Positions 7,633 through 15,434 of a DNA stretch of 16,283 nucleotides are shown here, piece after piece; positions within the stretch are counted from its first letter, which is position 1; each line of letters starts with the position of its first letter. The notes under the pieces were generated by a model that was not told the origin of the DNA, did no database searches, and saw nothing but the letters and a program-made list of their open reading frames with translations. Made by a program: the position numbers and the translations under genes. The stretch comes from a virus. Location of the stretch: the UHGV virus genome UHGV-0153204; one strand, given 5' to 3'.

Positions 7633-8540
7633 CCCCTGAATCCTGCCGGGATCTGGCTGTAGTCCACATTGTCGTAACTGGATTTGAAGTACGGGTCTTC
7701 GCGTTTTTCGGTGTACGTGCTTACGGACGGCGATAAGCGCAGGGAAAGCTCATCCCATTTTTCCCGCAGCTTCGACGGGCTGAGCACGTTACGGCACCAG
7801 AACGGAGCGCGGCTGACGCGGCTGTACATCTCGCAGATTTGTTTGTGAGTACGACCATCCTGCACACACATCAGGCGAATTTCGTTTGCCCAGGCTGTCC
7901 AGTTCGGTTCTTTGGGACGAACCACCTCGCCGTCACATTCGGCAGCCTGCTCGTACAGGGCGATGATTTTTTTCCAGAGCCACTGTGCGCAGGTCAAATC
8001 ATCCTGCGTCCCCCACTGGCGCTTTTTAGGGCTGAATACAACCGCATCAGGATGGCGAGTTAAAAAATCCTGTTCAGCCGTCTGCGTGTCCGGTTGCGAA
8101 GCGTCCGGACGAGAAGGTTTTTTATCTGACGGATCATGTTTTGATTTTACTGACGGATCCCCGCCAGATTCTGACGGGTGAAAACCCGCTTTTTTGCCAG
8201 ATTTCGACGCATCAAATTTTGACGGGTCAGAATCTGACAGTTGAGAAAATGCCGCTGCCTGAAGCTTCGCAACGTTAAGCTGATAAACATTCGACGCATT
8301 GCGGTTACCCTGGCGACGCGCCTTACGCGTTAACCAGCCTTCTGCTTCCAGCCGTGCGATAGCCGTTCTGACGGTACTCATCCCCGCGCCAATCTGACGG
8401 GCAATGGTTTCAATTGATGGCCAGCACACACCTTCGTCATTACTGAAATCAGCCAGGCGGGCCATAATTGCCACGCTGGATAACTTCATGCCTGATGCAG
8501 CGCAACCATCCCATACATAGCCGGTTAATTTAGTGCTCAT
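7629..8540 (-). CDS. Putative replication initiation protein (O-like, N-terminal winged HTH)
   Basis: 303 aa; N-terminal LSSVAIMARLADFSNDEGVCWPSIETIARQIGAGMSTVRTAIARLEAEGWL is a typical wHTH of phage replication initiators. A Ser/Pro/Lys/Asp-rich linker is followed by a conserved-looking C-terminal domain. Lies in the early-right operon below cro. Confidence 0.55.
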   Translation of the reverse strand: MSTKLTGYVWDGCAASGMKLSSVAIMARLADFSNDEGVCWPSIETIARQIGAGMSTVRTAIARLEAEGWLTRKARRQGNRNASNVYQLNVAKLQAAAFSQLSDSDPSKFDASKSGKKAGFHPSESGGDPSVKSKHDPSDKKPSRPDASQPDTQTAEQDFLTRHPDAVVFSPKKRQWGTQDDLTCAQWLWKKIIALYEQAAECDGEVVRPKEPNWTAWANEIRLMCVQDGRTHKQICEMYSRVSRAPFWCRNVLSPSKLREKWDELSLRLSPSVSTYTEKREDPYFKSSYDNVDYSQIPAGFRG

Positions 8541-8549
8541 GACCGACCT

Positions 8550-8888
8550 CTATTTCCCTGAATTTACGACGAAACTGTTCGAGCGGACTGAAGCATTCAT
8601 GCTCATAACCTTCGCGGAGGTAGATAACCCGTTGTGTTTCCGGCTCCCAACGAATGACTCTGACGGGCACTCCGTAGTGATCTTTGAACCAGCGGTTAAC
8701 TTGTCGCAAAGGACTGTCTCCTTCTGCCGGTTGAAATCACCCACAGCCCACTCTGCAAAGCTGTGGGTTACAATTTCCCTGTCACCTGGTACATTCACTG
8801 CATAGCAATATTCCACCTTCGCTTTTCCACCCGGTACAGGAAGCGCAATCAGTTGCGAGCGACGGTAGTGTGTTGTTAAACTGTTCAT
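8550..8888 (-). CDS. Hypothetical early protein with apparent frame disruption (possible pseudogene or overlapping genes)
   Basis: The N-terminal ~55 codons of the called ORF look protein-like. Downstream the called frame becomes Ser/Thr-rich and atypical, while an alternative minus-strand frame over roughly 8528..8730 encodes ...[62 protein letters not shown] and ends overlapping the O-like start. Confidence 0.35.
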   Translation of the reverse strand: MNSLTTHYRRSQLIALPVPGGKAKVEYCYAVNVPGDREIVTHSFAEWAVGDFNRQKETVLCDKLTAGSKITTECPSESFVGSRKHNGLSTSAKVMSMNASVRSNSFVVNSGK

Positions 8889-9442
8889 GCGTTAGTTTCT
8901 CCACAACCAGAAGCAATCGACGCCACGACGCCCGGAGCTGCACACTCGCGGGCGTCATTACTTTCTGAAATGCAAAAAATTTTGTAGACAAGTGCTGCAT
9001 GCTCCTGCAGCTTCGAAATTGAGAGATACAGCTCGTCGTTAATTGCTGTCTTCTCATGCGGTTCCACCACACCGTCTTCGATTGCCGAACGAATCTGTTT
9101 GGAATAACTGCCAATCTGTTCAATGACTTCCAGCAGGCGCTGGTTAATATCGGCGTTATCCACATCCTCGACGTCAGGAAGAGACACAAAGACGCCATTT
9201 GCAGACTGCGCCACAGCGTCAGCAATGAAGTGAGTGCCACCAGCACGTTGTAAAATCATCGCCCATCCCAGCGGGAAAATTTGATCGCCATCGGCACGAA
9301 GGCGGTTAAATAATGCGTTCTCTGTTACATCCAGCCAGTCAGCTGCTTCAGCGTAACCCCCCGGCAACGCTGCGATAGTTTTTCTGACAGCTTTCACGTA
9401 CCACTTAGGCTGTTTTTCTACTTTCCAGTGATGCTTACCCAC
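8885..9442 (-). CDS. CII-like / YdaT-family regulator
   Basis: Likely GTG start at 9442 preceded by AGGAG (9453..9449); the longer six-frame ORF would overlap cro by 83 bp. Contains an HTH-like [18 protein letters not shown]. Position immediately after cro corresponds to cII/YdaT in lambdoid and Rac-type prophages. Confidence 0.5.
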   Translation of the reverse strand: MGKHHWKVEKQPKWYVKAVRKTIAALPGGYAEAADWLDVTENALFNRLRADGDQIFPLGWAMILQRAGGTHFIADAVAQSANGVFVSLPDVEDVDNADINQRLLEVIEQIGSYSKQIRSAIEDGVVEPHEKTAINDELYLSISKLQEHAALVYKIFCISESNDARECAAPGVVASIASGCGETNA

Positions 9443-9464
9443 GGCTATCTCCTTAAAACTGTGG

Positions 9465-9713
9465 TTACTTTTCATCTGATGAATCTTTAATCTTTTGAAA
9501 AATATCTGGACGTAATTTTTCTTTTGATATGCCAGTGGTCTTTTCAATGAATATCGAGAGCTTTGCAGGGGGACGCTTTTCTCTGTTCAACCAGTTCCAG
9601 ACATGTTGTTGCTTTACTAAATGACCGCTGCTGGCTGTGAGCTTCCGAGCCAATTCTGATTGACCACCAGCCAGAGCGATTGCCTCCGATAAGGCTAATT
9701 GCTCAGGTGTCAT
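9465..9713 (-). CDS. Cro / YdaS-like HTH transcriptional regulator
   Basis: 82 aa; HTH GGQSELARKLTASSGHLVKQQHVWNWLN. Divergently transcribed from the CI-like repressor across a repeat-rich operator region. Strong SD (AAAGGAGA) upstream. Confidence 0.75.
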   Translation of the reverse strand: MTPEQLALSEAIALAGGQSELARKLTASSGHLVKQQHVWNWLNREKRPPAKLSIFIEKTTGISKEKLRPDIFQKIKDSSDEK

Positions 9714-9848
9714 AGCTTTCTCCTTTTTTGGTAGTTAAGTTGTTACGAGTTGCAAGAATACAACATTAACAACTTTTATCACAACTTTTAGGTGTTGGAA
9801 AGCTAAAACATAAAGTTGTAACCTCATCAAAAAAGAGAGGGATATGTT
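9714..9848. promoter_or_regulatory. Divergent operator/promoter region between cro-like and cI-like genes (OR-like)
   Basis: Repeated inverted motifs: AAGTTGTTAC (9737..9746), TAACAACTT (9768..9776), ACAACTTTTA (9781..9790), TAAAGTTGTAAC (9811..9822). Sits between divergent regulator genes. Confidence 0.6.
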
Positions 9849-10535
9849 GTGAAAACACTGGCAGAACGATTAAAGATAGGTAGAGAGAAAGCTGGCATGA
9901 GCCAAGCTCAACTAGCTGAAAAAATTGGACTTTCACAACAATCTGTAGCCAAAATAGAGAATGGCGAAACTCTACAACCGCGCAAAATTAAAGAAATTGC
10001 AAAAGTTTTAGGTGTATCACAAAAGTGGTTACAACTTGGTATTGAAGACAACGCATCCATACCTGATCTTGTTGTAAAAGAAGCAGAAAGCACCGCATTA
10101 GACCCCGATATTTTCGTAAACATTCCTGTTTTAGATGTCGAGTTATCGGCAGGTAACGGATGTCTGGCTGAAATAGTTGAATCAGCTATTGACTGGTTTC
10201 CGTTAAGAAGAGCAGATTTGAGAAAATCTGGCGTATGTGCATCTAATGCCAAGATCGTAAAAATATGGGGGAACAGTTTATTACCGGTTCTCAATAATGG
10301 AGATCTTGTTGCCGTTGATATTTCTCAAACCGTTCCTATTCGTGATGGCGATCTTTATGCCGTACGAGATGGTGTATTGCTAAGGGTTAAAATACTTATC
10401 AACTTACCTGACGGTGGCTTGATTCTTAGAAGCTTCAACAAAGATGAGTACCCAGATGAAATACTTACCTTTGAAGATAGACGAGCCAGAATTCATGTTA
10501 TAGGTAGGGTATTCTGGTCATCGCGAACTTGGTAA
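9849..10535 (+). CDS. cI: CI-like prophage repressor (N-terminal XRE HTH + C-terminal S24 LexA-like peptidase domain)
   Basis: GTG start at 9849. HTH GMSQAQLAEKIGLSQQSVAKIENGE; C-terminal region with GNSLLP (Ser) and LRVKIL (Lys) typical of S24 autocleaving repressors. Confidence 0.85.
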   Translation: MKTLAERLKIGREKAGMSQAQLAEKIGLSQQSVAKIENGETLQPRKIKEIAKVLGVSQKWLQLGIEDNASIPDLVVKEAESTALDPDIFVNIPVLDVELSAGNGCLAEIVESAIDWFPLRRADLRKSGVCASNAKIVKIWGNSLLPVLNNGDLVAVDISQTVPIRDGDLYAVRDGVLLRVKILINLPDGGLILRSFNKDEYPDEILTFEDRRARIHVIGRVFWSSRTW

Positions 10536-11408
10536 TGCATCGAAAAGCATTTCTTCAGAAATAATTTTAAGTTTTGCACCATTATCATCTCTATAAGATA
10601 TAGCCTTTTCGATCTTCCTTCCGTGACTAGAGAATTTCCAATCACGGGAGGAAAGCGTCCCAATTACTAAAAAATCCAACTGTTGAGTAATTCCACTACT
10701 GATGTTCCCACCAGCATTTTTAATCAAATTTTCAACTACGGCTCTCTTTCCTGCAACAAAAGTGCCTGTAAGACAATAGGTTTTACCCTCTAACTCTATC
10801 GAAGCCTCTACATCAATAGGCAGCCTGGTCGCCAAACCATCCACCACCCCACTTTCCAAGTCACATCCTGTGAAGTCTACTAATGCCTTATGTAGAGTTA
10901 AACTCTCATCTTCAGTAATAACACCATCTTTAAGAATTTCCTTTACAAGTGCATAAAGTTTTTTTCCTGGGTAGTTGTTCTTCAAAGCTCCATTTTGCTC
11001 AAGCCACCAATTAAGATATCTTATTTCTTCTTGAGTTAAGTTCCGATCAGCAATTAATCCTTTACATAGTCCATTAAGTAAATGGACATCTACATCCTTG
11101 GAGTAAAAATCAATTTCAGGGATATCAAGAATTTCCCTCTGTATTTGGAGAAGGCTATTTTTAAGGTCATCACGTTCTTCTGATGTGATTATTCCATCCG
11201 CAAGAATATCCGACACCCGTGCAGATAGACTTTTTATAACTCCATTATTGATAATCTGCTTTGCTTCAAGTAACCATGTATCTAAGTAAAGAACCTCCTC
11301 TTCACGGACAACTCCATCTGCAATGATTCCATCAATGATGCTAATCAAGTTAGCAAATAACTTGTCCCGGTTCTGTGTGTAATTAAAAGCGTAAAGCGCG
11401 TCTTCCAT
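10518..11408 (-). CDS. Hypothetical protein: four tandem ~36-aa repeats plus C-terminal BRCT-like domain (immunity-region accessory gene)
   Basis: Likely start ATG at 11408 with perfect SD (AAAGGAGGttgtATG); the ORF track begins at 11438. Repeats share a hydrophobic-ADG-hydrophobic-(I/V)(T/R)xEE...L core (IIADGVVREEEV, ILADGIITSEER, LIADRNLTQEEI, ILKDGVITEDES). C-terminus GKTYCLTGTF...DFLVIGT...KLKIISEEMLFDAL resembles the LigA-type BRCT domain. AT-rich, convergent with cI. Confidence 0.7.
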   Translation of the reverse strand: MEDALYAFNYTQNRDKLFANLISIIDGIIADGVVREEEVLYLDTWLLEAKQIINNGVIKSLSARVSDILADGIITSEERDDLKNSLLQIQREILDIPEIDFYSKDVDVHLLNGLCKGLIADRNLTQEEIRYLNWWLEQNGALKNNYPGKKLYALVKEILKDGVITEDESLTLHKALVDFTGCDLESGVVDGLATRLPIDVEASIELEGKTYCLTGTFVAGKRAVVENLIKNAGGNISSGITQQLDFLVIGTLSSRDWKFSSHGRKIEKAISYRDDNGAKLKIISEEMLFDALPSSR

Positions 11409-11439
11409 ACAACCTCCTTTTTTTGATAATCCTTGCACT

Positions 11440-11530
11440 CCTTGGCCACTCGTTCAAACCACATAAAGTTGTTGACAACATTCAAAACCACAACTAAATT
11501 ACAACTTAAAGGTGTTAAAACAACGAACAG
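11440..11530. promoter_or_regulatory. Second operator-like region (OL-like) with consensus-like plus-strand promoter
   Basis: Shares ACATAAAGTTGT and ACAACTT(T/A)(T/A)AGGTGTT blocks with the cro/cI intergenic region. TTGACA (11472..11477), 17-bp spacer, TAAATT (11495..11500) on the plus strand. Also upstream of the minus-strand BRCT gene. Confidence 0.45.
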
Positions 11531-11613
11531 GCAGGACGCCCACGAAGTAGCCCGCCTGGTACGTACGAAGACCGGGATGATTCGTTAGCGGATGATTTCA
11601 GTGGAGAGAATAG

Positions 11614-11922
11614 ATGAATGAGCAGAATTTGAAGCATGTGATCGCATTGTTGCTGGAAGACGCTAAACGTTTGCAGCAGATAGAGCCAAATGCAGGCACT
11701 GAGGCCCGTATTTTGTTAGCAAAACAGGCATTAAAGACTTGCGGGGCGCAAGACCCTGATCGAACCAAGTTCATGAATTTCATGGCTAACACGATCACCC
11801 CCCTGCCATGCAATGGAGAGAGGGTGAGCCGTGTTTATCACGACACAATGGTTAAGGCATTAAGAATCGAGCTTGATGGGCTTAGGCGTAAGATCGTGAT
11901 GAACAAAATCGTTGCCAACTAA
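11614..11922 (+). CDS. Hypothetical early-left protein
   Basis: 102 aa ORF with SD GGAGAG 5 nt upstream; helical-looking composition. First gene downstream of the OL-like promoter. No recognisable family; not similar to lambda N by eye. Confidence 0.45.
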   Translation: MNEQNLKHVIALLLEDAKRLQQIEPNAGTEARILLAKQALKTCGAQDPDRTKFMNFMANTITPLPCNGERVSRVYHDTMVKALRIELDGLRRKIVMNKIVAN

Positions 11923-12203
11923 GGAAGCAGACGGAAGTAAGCATGCGCTTTGTTCAAATTTGCAGACAAATATATTTGCGTCAACACCAGCACTGTTAGC
12001 AATGGAAAAAGTTTGATCAAGGATTTGTTGGCAGTTCATTGTGCTTTTGAGGATATATCCCTCTGGAATCAGTCTGCAGCAGCTATCGTCAGACTCTTTG
12101 ATTGTTTTCTGGTACAGAAAGTTAAGCATTAATTCTTCAAATTTTTTGGTCTGTTCGGCTGTTGCTTCAAACAGACGAACGTGAACATAAAACTGGTTCA
12201 TTA
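11860..12203 (-). CDS. Hypothetical protein (minus strand, overlaps 3' end of preceding plus-strand ORF)
   Basis: Best start ATG at 12203 with SD AAGGAAACC. N-terminal MNQFYVHVRLFEATAEQTKKFEELMLNFLYQK looks protein-like. 63-bp convergent overlap with 11614..11922 means at least one of the two may be mis-called. Confidence 0.4.
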
Positions 12204-12299
12204 GGTTTCCTTGCTGGCTGTGTGAGAACTCCAGCATACCACCGAGCCTGAAGTGGTGAAAAGACAGGCAATAGTTTCATTGCTGTGTGTAGTCTTGGA

Positions 12300-12345
12300 G
12301 GTACCAGCTTGTACCCTTGCTTCCGGCTGGTACCGTCCTTTTTAC
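12300..12345 (+). terminator. Putative intrinsic terminator (plus strand)
   Basis: Perfect 9-bp inverted repeat GGTACCAGC (12300..12308) / GCTGGTACC (12326..12334), 17-nt loop, followed by GTCCTTTTTAC. Confidence 0.4.
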
Positions 12346-12556
12346 AAAACAGAGAAGAGCATCACCGGACGACGAGCTCATAACCCAATCCATCCGGGCG
12401 GCTGCCACCGCAGGTGTTCTTCTCTGTTTTGTGGAGAAACTAACCGCCCCTACGGGGGCATTCATGGAAATGTAATTGACTCAATAATCGCCGGACGGTG
12501 AGGGCTTTCTTTTACCCGAATTCAGCGCGGTGCAGCGCATATACGTGGAGAACAAA

Positions 12557-13093
12557 ATGTCATTTATTACAACTTTTTCTGGGAAGCATTTTTATTATGA
12601 CAGGATAAATAAAGACGACATCGTTATTAACGATATCGCGGTTTCCCTTTCAAATATCTGCCGCTTTGCAGGACACCTTTCACACTTCTATAGCGTCGCC
12701 CAACATGCGGTGCTTTGCAGCATGCTGGTACCGCAGGAATTTGCTTTTGAAGCATTAATGCATGATGCAACAGAAGCGTATTGCCAGGACATCCCCGCAC
12801 CACTGAAACGCCTTCTTCCTGACTATAAACGGATGGAAGAAAAAATAGACGCCGTAATCCGTGAGAAATACGGGTTACCTCAGGCTATGAGCACGCCCGT
12901 GAAATATGCCGATCTCATCATGCTGGCAACCGAACGCCGCGATCTCGGGCTTGATGATGGCTCTTTCTGGCCAGTATTGGAAGGTATCCCGGCAACAGAG
13001 ATGTTCGAAGTTATTCCTCTGGCTCCTGGCCATGCCTACGAGATATTTATGGAACGTTTTAAAGAGCTGCATAAGATACATAAGCAATCCTGA
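12557..13093 (+). CDS. HD-domain phosphohydrolase (YfdR-like)
   Basis: H...HD motif (VAQHAVLC...LMHDATEAY) and size are consistent with the prophage HD-domain 5'-deoxynucleotidase family (CPS-53 YfdR-like). Start at 12557 (SD GGAGAA) preferred over the ORF-track start 12530. Confidence 0.6.
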   Translation: MSFITTFSGKHFYYDRINKDDIVINDIAVSLSNICRFAGHLSHFYSVAQHAVLCSMLVPQEFAFEALMHDATEAYCQDIPAPLKRLLPDYKRMEEKIDAVIREKYGLPQAMSTPVKYADLIMLATERRDLGLDDGSFWPVLEGIPATEMFEVIPLAPGHAYEIFMERFKELHKIHKQS

Positions 13094-13133
13094 CAGCGAA
13101 ATTAACTAGTGAAATAGTTTTGTAGCAAAAGAA

Positions 13134-13394
13134 ATGAGGTTATCAAAAATGCTTCAAATGCTGACACTTGAAGAATGGGCTGCGGAAAAATTTAGGAGTA
13201 ATCCTCCAAGTGTGTCCACATTGCGTCGTTATGCTAAGCAGAATTTATTTTGTCCACCAGCAATGAAACAAGGTCGACTCTGGCGAGTACGTGAGGACGC
13301 AGAGTTAGTTGGGGAATTAGTTACTCCAGTAATCAAGAAAAGTGATTCTATTATTCTGCAAAGGATTTTAAGCAATGGCAGCCAGACCACGTAA
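13134..13394 (+). CDS. xis: Excisionase Xis
   Basis: MLTLEEWAAEKFRS...LRRYAKQNLFCPPAMKQGRLW parallels lambda Xis (MYLTLQEWNARQRR...VRRWVRECRIFPPPVKDGREY). Overlaps the int start as in lambda. True start may be 13149 or 13158 rather than 13134. Confidence 0.8.
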   Translation: MRLSKMLQMLTLEEWAAEKFRSNPPSVSTLRRYAKQNLFCPPAMKQGRLWRVREDAELVGELVTPVIKKSDSIILQRILSNGSQTT

Positions 13395-14502
13395 AAATAA
13401 TGTTTCAGTACCTAACTTGTATCCGCTTTATAGTAGAAAAGTAAATAAAGTCTATTGGCGATATAAGCATCCAGTGACCGGGAAATTTCATTCGTTGGGC
13501 ACAAATGAAGCTGAAGCTATTGCTATTGCCACTGAAGCTAACACTCGTCTGGCTGAGCAAAGAACCCGGCAGATTCTAGCTATCAGTGATAGGATCGCAA
13601 CCAGCAAAGGAAAAGCGATCACAACGTCAACCTGGTTAGATCGTTATCAAGCGATCCAGGATGACAGGCTCAAAAGTGGTGATATAAGACTCAACACCTA
13701 TAAGCAAAAAGCTAAACCAGTATCCTTGCTCAGAGAACGAGCAGGAATGAAGTTGATCTCATCCGTTGATGTTAGAGATATAGCACAATTGCTTGATGAG
13801 TATATTGCAGCTGGACAGCCTAGAATGGCCCAAGTCGTTAGGTCTGTATTGATCGATGTGTTTAAGGAAGCACAGCATTATGGCGAAGTTCCGCCAGGGT
13901 ATAACCCTGCTCTTGCGACGAAGCAACCCAAAAGAAAAATTACCCGTCAACGCCTCAGCCTGGAAGAATGGCAAAAAATATTCGATATAGCAGACGCCAA
14001 TCATCGTTACATGGGAAATGCCATGCTCCTAGCTTTGGTCACTGGGCAGCGTTTGGGAGATATATCCAAAATGAAATTTAGTGATATTTGGGAAGATCAT
14101 CTTCACGTCATTCAGGAAAAGACTGGAAGCAAAATCGCTATCCCTCTTTCTCTTCGCCTCAATGCGATTAACTGGAGTTTACGCGATGTTGTAGCGCGCT
14201 GCCGAGACTATGCGGTTAGCCCATATTTAGTGCATTTTTTCCGTGCAACATCACAGGCAGAACGTGGCGCACAAGTTAAATCCAATACATTGACGATGAA
14301 TTTTAGTAAAGCGAGAGATTTAGCAGGAATTGACTGGGGAGAAGGTTCACCTGCCACATTCCATGAACAAAGGTCTTTATCTGAACGTCTGTACAAAGAA
14401 CAGGGGTTAGATACACAAAAACTACTTGGCCATAAAACACAGCGACAGACAGATCGATACAATGACGACCGAGGCAAAGGATGGAACAAGATAGCGTTGT
14501 AA
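13375..14502 (+). CDS. int: Tyrosine recombinase, lambda-family integrase
   Basis: 375 aa, colinear with lambda Int by eye (PNLY, HSWLDRY, VVTGQRVGD-like LVTGQRLGD, catalytic C-terminal HKTQRQTDRYNDDRGKGWNKIAL versus lambda HKSDTMASQYRDDRGREWDKIEI, including the tyrosine). Confidence 0.93.
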   Translation: MAARPRKNNVSVPNLYPLYSRKVNKVYWRYKHPVTGKFHSLGTNEAEAIAIATEANTRLAEQRTRQILAISDRIATSKGKAITTSTWLDRYQAIQDDRLKSGDIRLNTYKQKAKPVSLLRERAGMKLISSVDVRDIAQLLDEYIAAGQPRMAQVVRSVLIDVFKEAQHYGEVPPGYNPALATKQPKRKITRQRLSLEEWQKIFDIADANHRYMGNAMLLALVTGQRLGDISKMKFSDIWEDHLHVIQEKTGSKIAIPLSLRLNAINWSLRDVVARCRDYAVSPYLVHFFRATSQAERGAQVKSNTLTMNFSKARDLAGIDWGEGSPATFHEQRSLSERLYKEQGLDTQKLLGHKTQRQTDRYNDDRGKGWNKIAL

Positions 14503-14843
14503 AAATTTTAAACGCCTCTACGCCACCGCAAATTTATCACCATACATGAAAAAGAAGCAAACAGTCTGTTTTGAGAAGCAGAAGTTATATTCAATTTCTA
14601 TCCTCTGGTGTTCCCTAATGAAATACCAGCCTCCATTGGCCATTACCAGAATACTGGTATCATGGTAGGAAATGTTCGAAAAGGATTAATGACGAATCGC
14701 ATCAGAGCAGCGGCAAGAACCGCCAGTACTACAGGATGCAGGATGCGGGATGCGGGAGTATCGGCGGTACAAGGTTATCTTTGATCAGTGAACTTCTTTA
14801 AGATTACATCTCTTTTATAGTTTTAAGCAACTATGAAGTGGCT

Positions 14844-15434
14844 TTACTCACCATCATCTAATTCGTTTAAAAATCTGGCAAGAACATCTCCGTGGCACGG
14901 ATAGGGTTTGCAATGGCAACCAAGGATTTTTCCTTTATGTGCTTTCAGCTTTTCTTTGAAATCCTCTCCCCCTTTTAAAAAATTTCTATCAAAGTCATAC
15001 TTAAACTTTCTTATAACTTCATCACGATCACCATCTGCTCCAATCGCATAAGGATTACCCCATAAAGTACCGCGACCGCAATATACATCGAAGTGTTCCC
15101 CCCTGTCTTTATTGGATACAAAAGTAATTTTGTCTTTTATATACCTTACGGGAATTTGTGATGCTAACGTTTCATAAATTGTTGTGAACTCAGGTTTCAA
15201 AGCTGAATCAAAAACAACGGCATGCGTTAAACCAAGATTATAAGGATCTGTAAGAAGGTCAGGATCAAGTTTAAAAATCAAATCAGAAGAAAAATAGTCA
15301 TGTATCAAGTTCTGGTTATCTTCAAAATAAAATACTTTGTATTCACTCGATTCGGAGAAGATACGGGTAAGCTTTCGCTCAAACTTACCCTTTGAAGCAA
15401 AATCAGGATGATACATAACTAGTACTTTCATCAT
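14844..15434 (-). CDS. DUF4326-like domain protein with N-terminal extension
   Basis: C-terminal FDVYCGRGTLWGNPYAIG...GKILGCHCKPYPCHGDVLARFL matches the DUF4326 signature as I recall it (..CGRP..WGNPF...L.C.C.P.pCHGDVL). AT-rich. ATGA-type overlap with the upstream DUF488-like gene. Confidence 0.55.
   Translation of the reverse strand: MMKVLVMYHPDFASKGKFERKLTRIFSESSEYKVFYFEDNQNLIHDYFSSDLIFKLDPDLLTDPYNLGLTHAVVFDSALKPEFTTIYETLASQIPVRYIKDKITFVSNKDRGEHFDVYCGRGTLWGNPYAIGADGDRDEVIRKFKYDFDRNFLKGGEDFKEKLKAHKGKILGCHCKPYPCHGDVLARFLNELDDGE

Noticed and set aside
8782-9246. 154-aa minus-strand ORF overlapping the CII/YdaT-like gene in another frame
   Set aside because: Its translation is Ser/Leu/Cys/Arg-rich and low-complexity, and it overlaps a better-supported frame with an SD-preceded start.
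9908-10294. 128-aa minus-strand ORF inside the CI-like repressor gene
   Set aside because: Antisense to a repressor CDS with clear HTH and S24 signatures; no RBS.
12253-12501. 82-aa plus-strand ORF (and antisense 62-aa ORF) in the structured region upstream of the HD-hydrolase gene
   Set aside because: Cys/Arg/Gly-rich, no convincing RBS, and it spans the terminator-like hairpin and the long inverted repeat. More likely non-coding, though not excluded.
14670-14685. GTTCGAA motif reminiscent of a tRNA T-loop near the putative att region
   Set aside because: No flanking acceptor or T-stem complementarity and no GGTTCGAATCC-type context; no cloverleaf can be built by eye, so no tRNA is called.
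14733-14757. Tandem GGATGC(A/G) heptamer x3.5 considered as a CRISPR or iteron-like repeat
   Set aside because: Far too short and contiguous (no spacers) for CRISPR; too few copies to call an iteron. Kept only as a note within the att-region finding.
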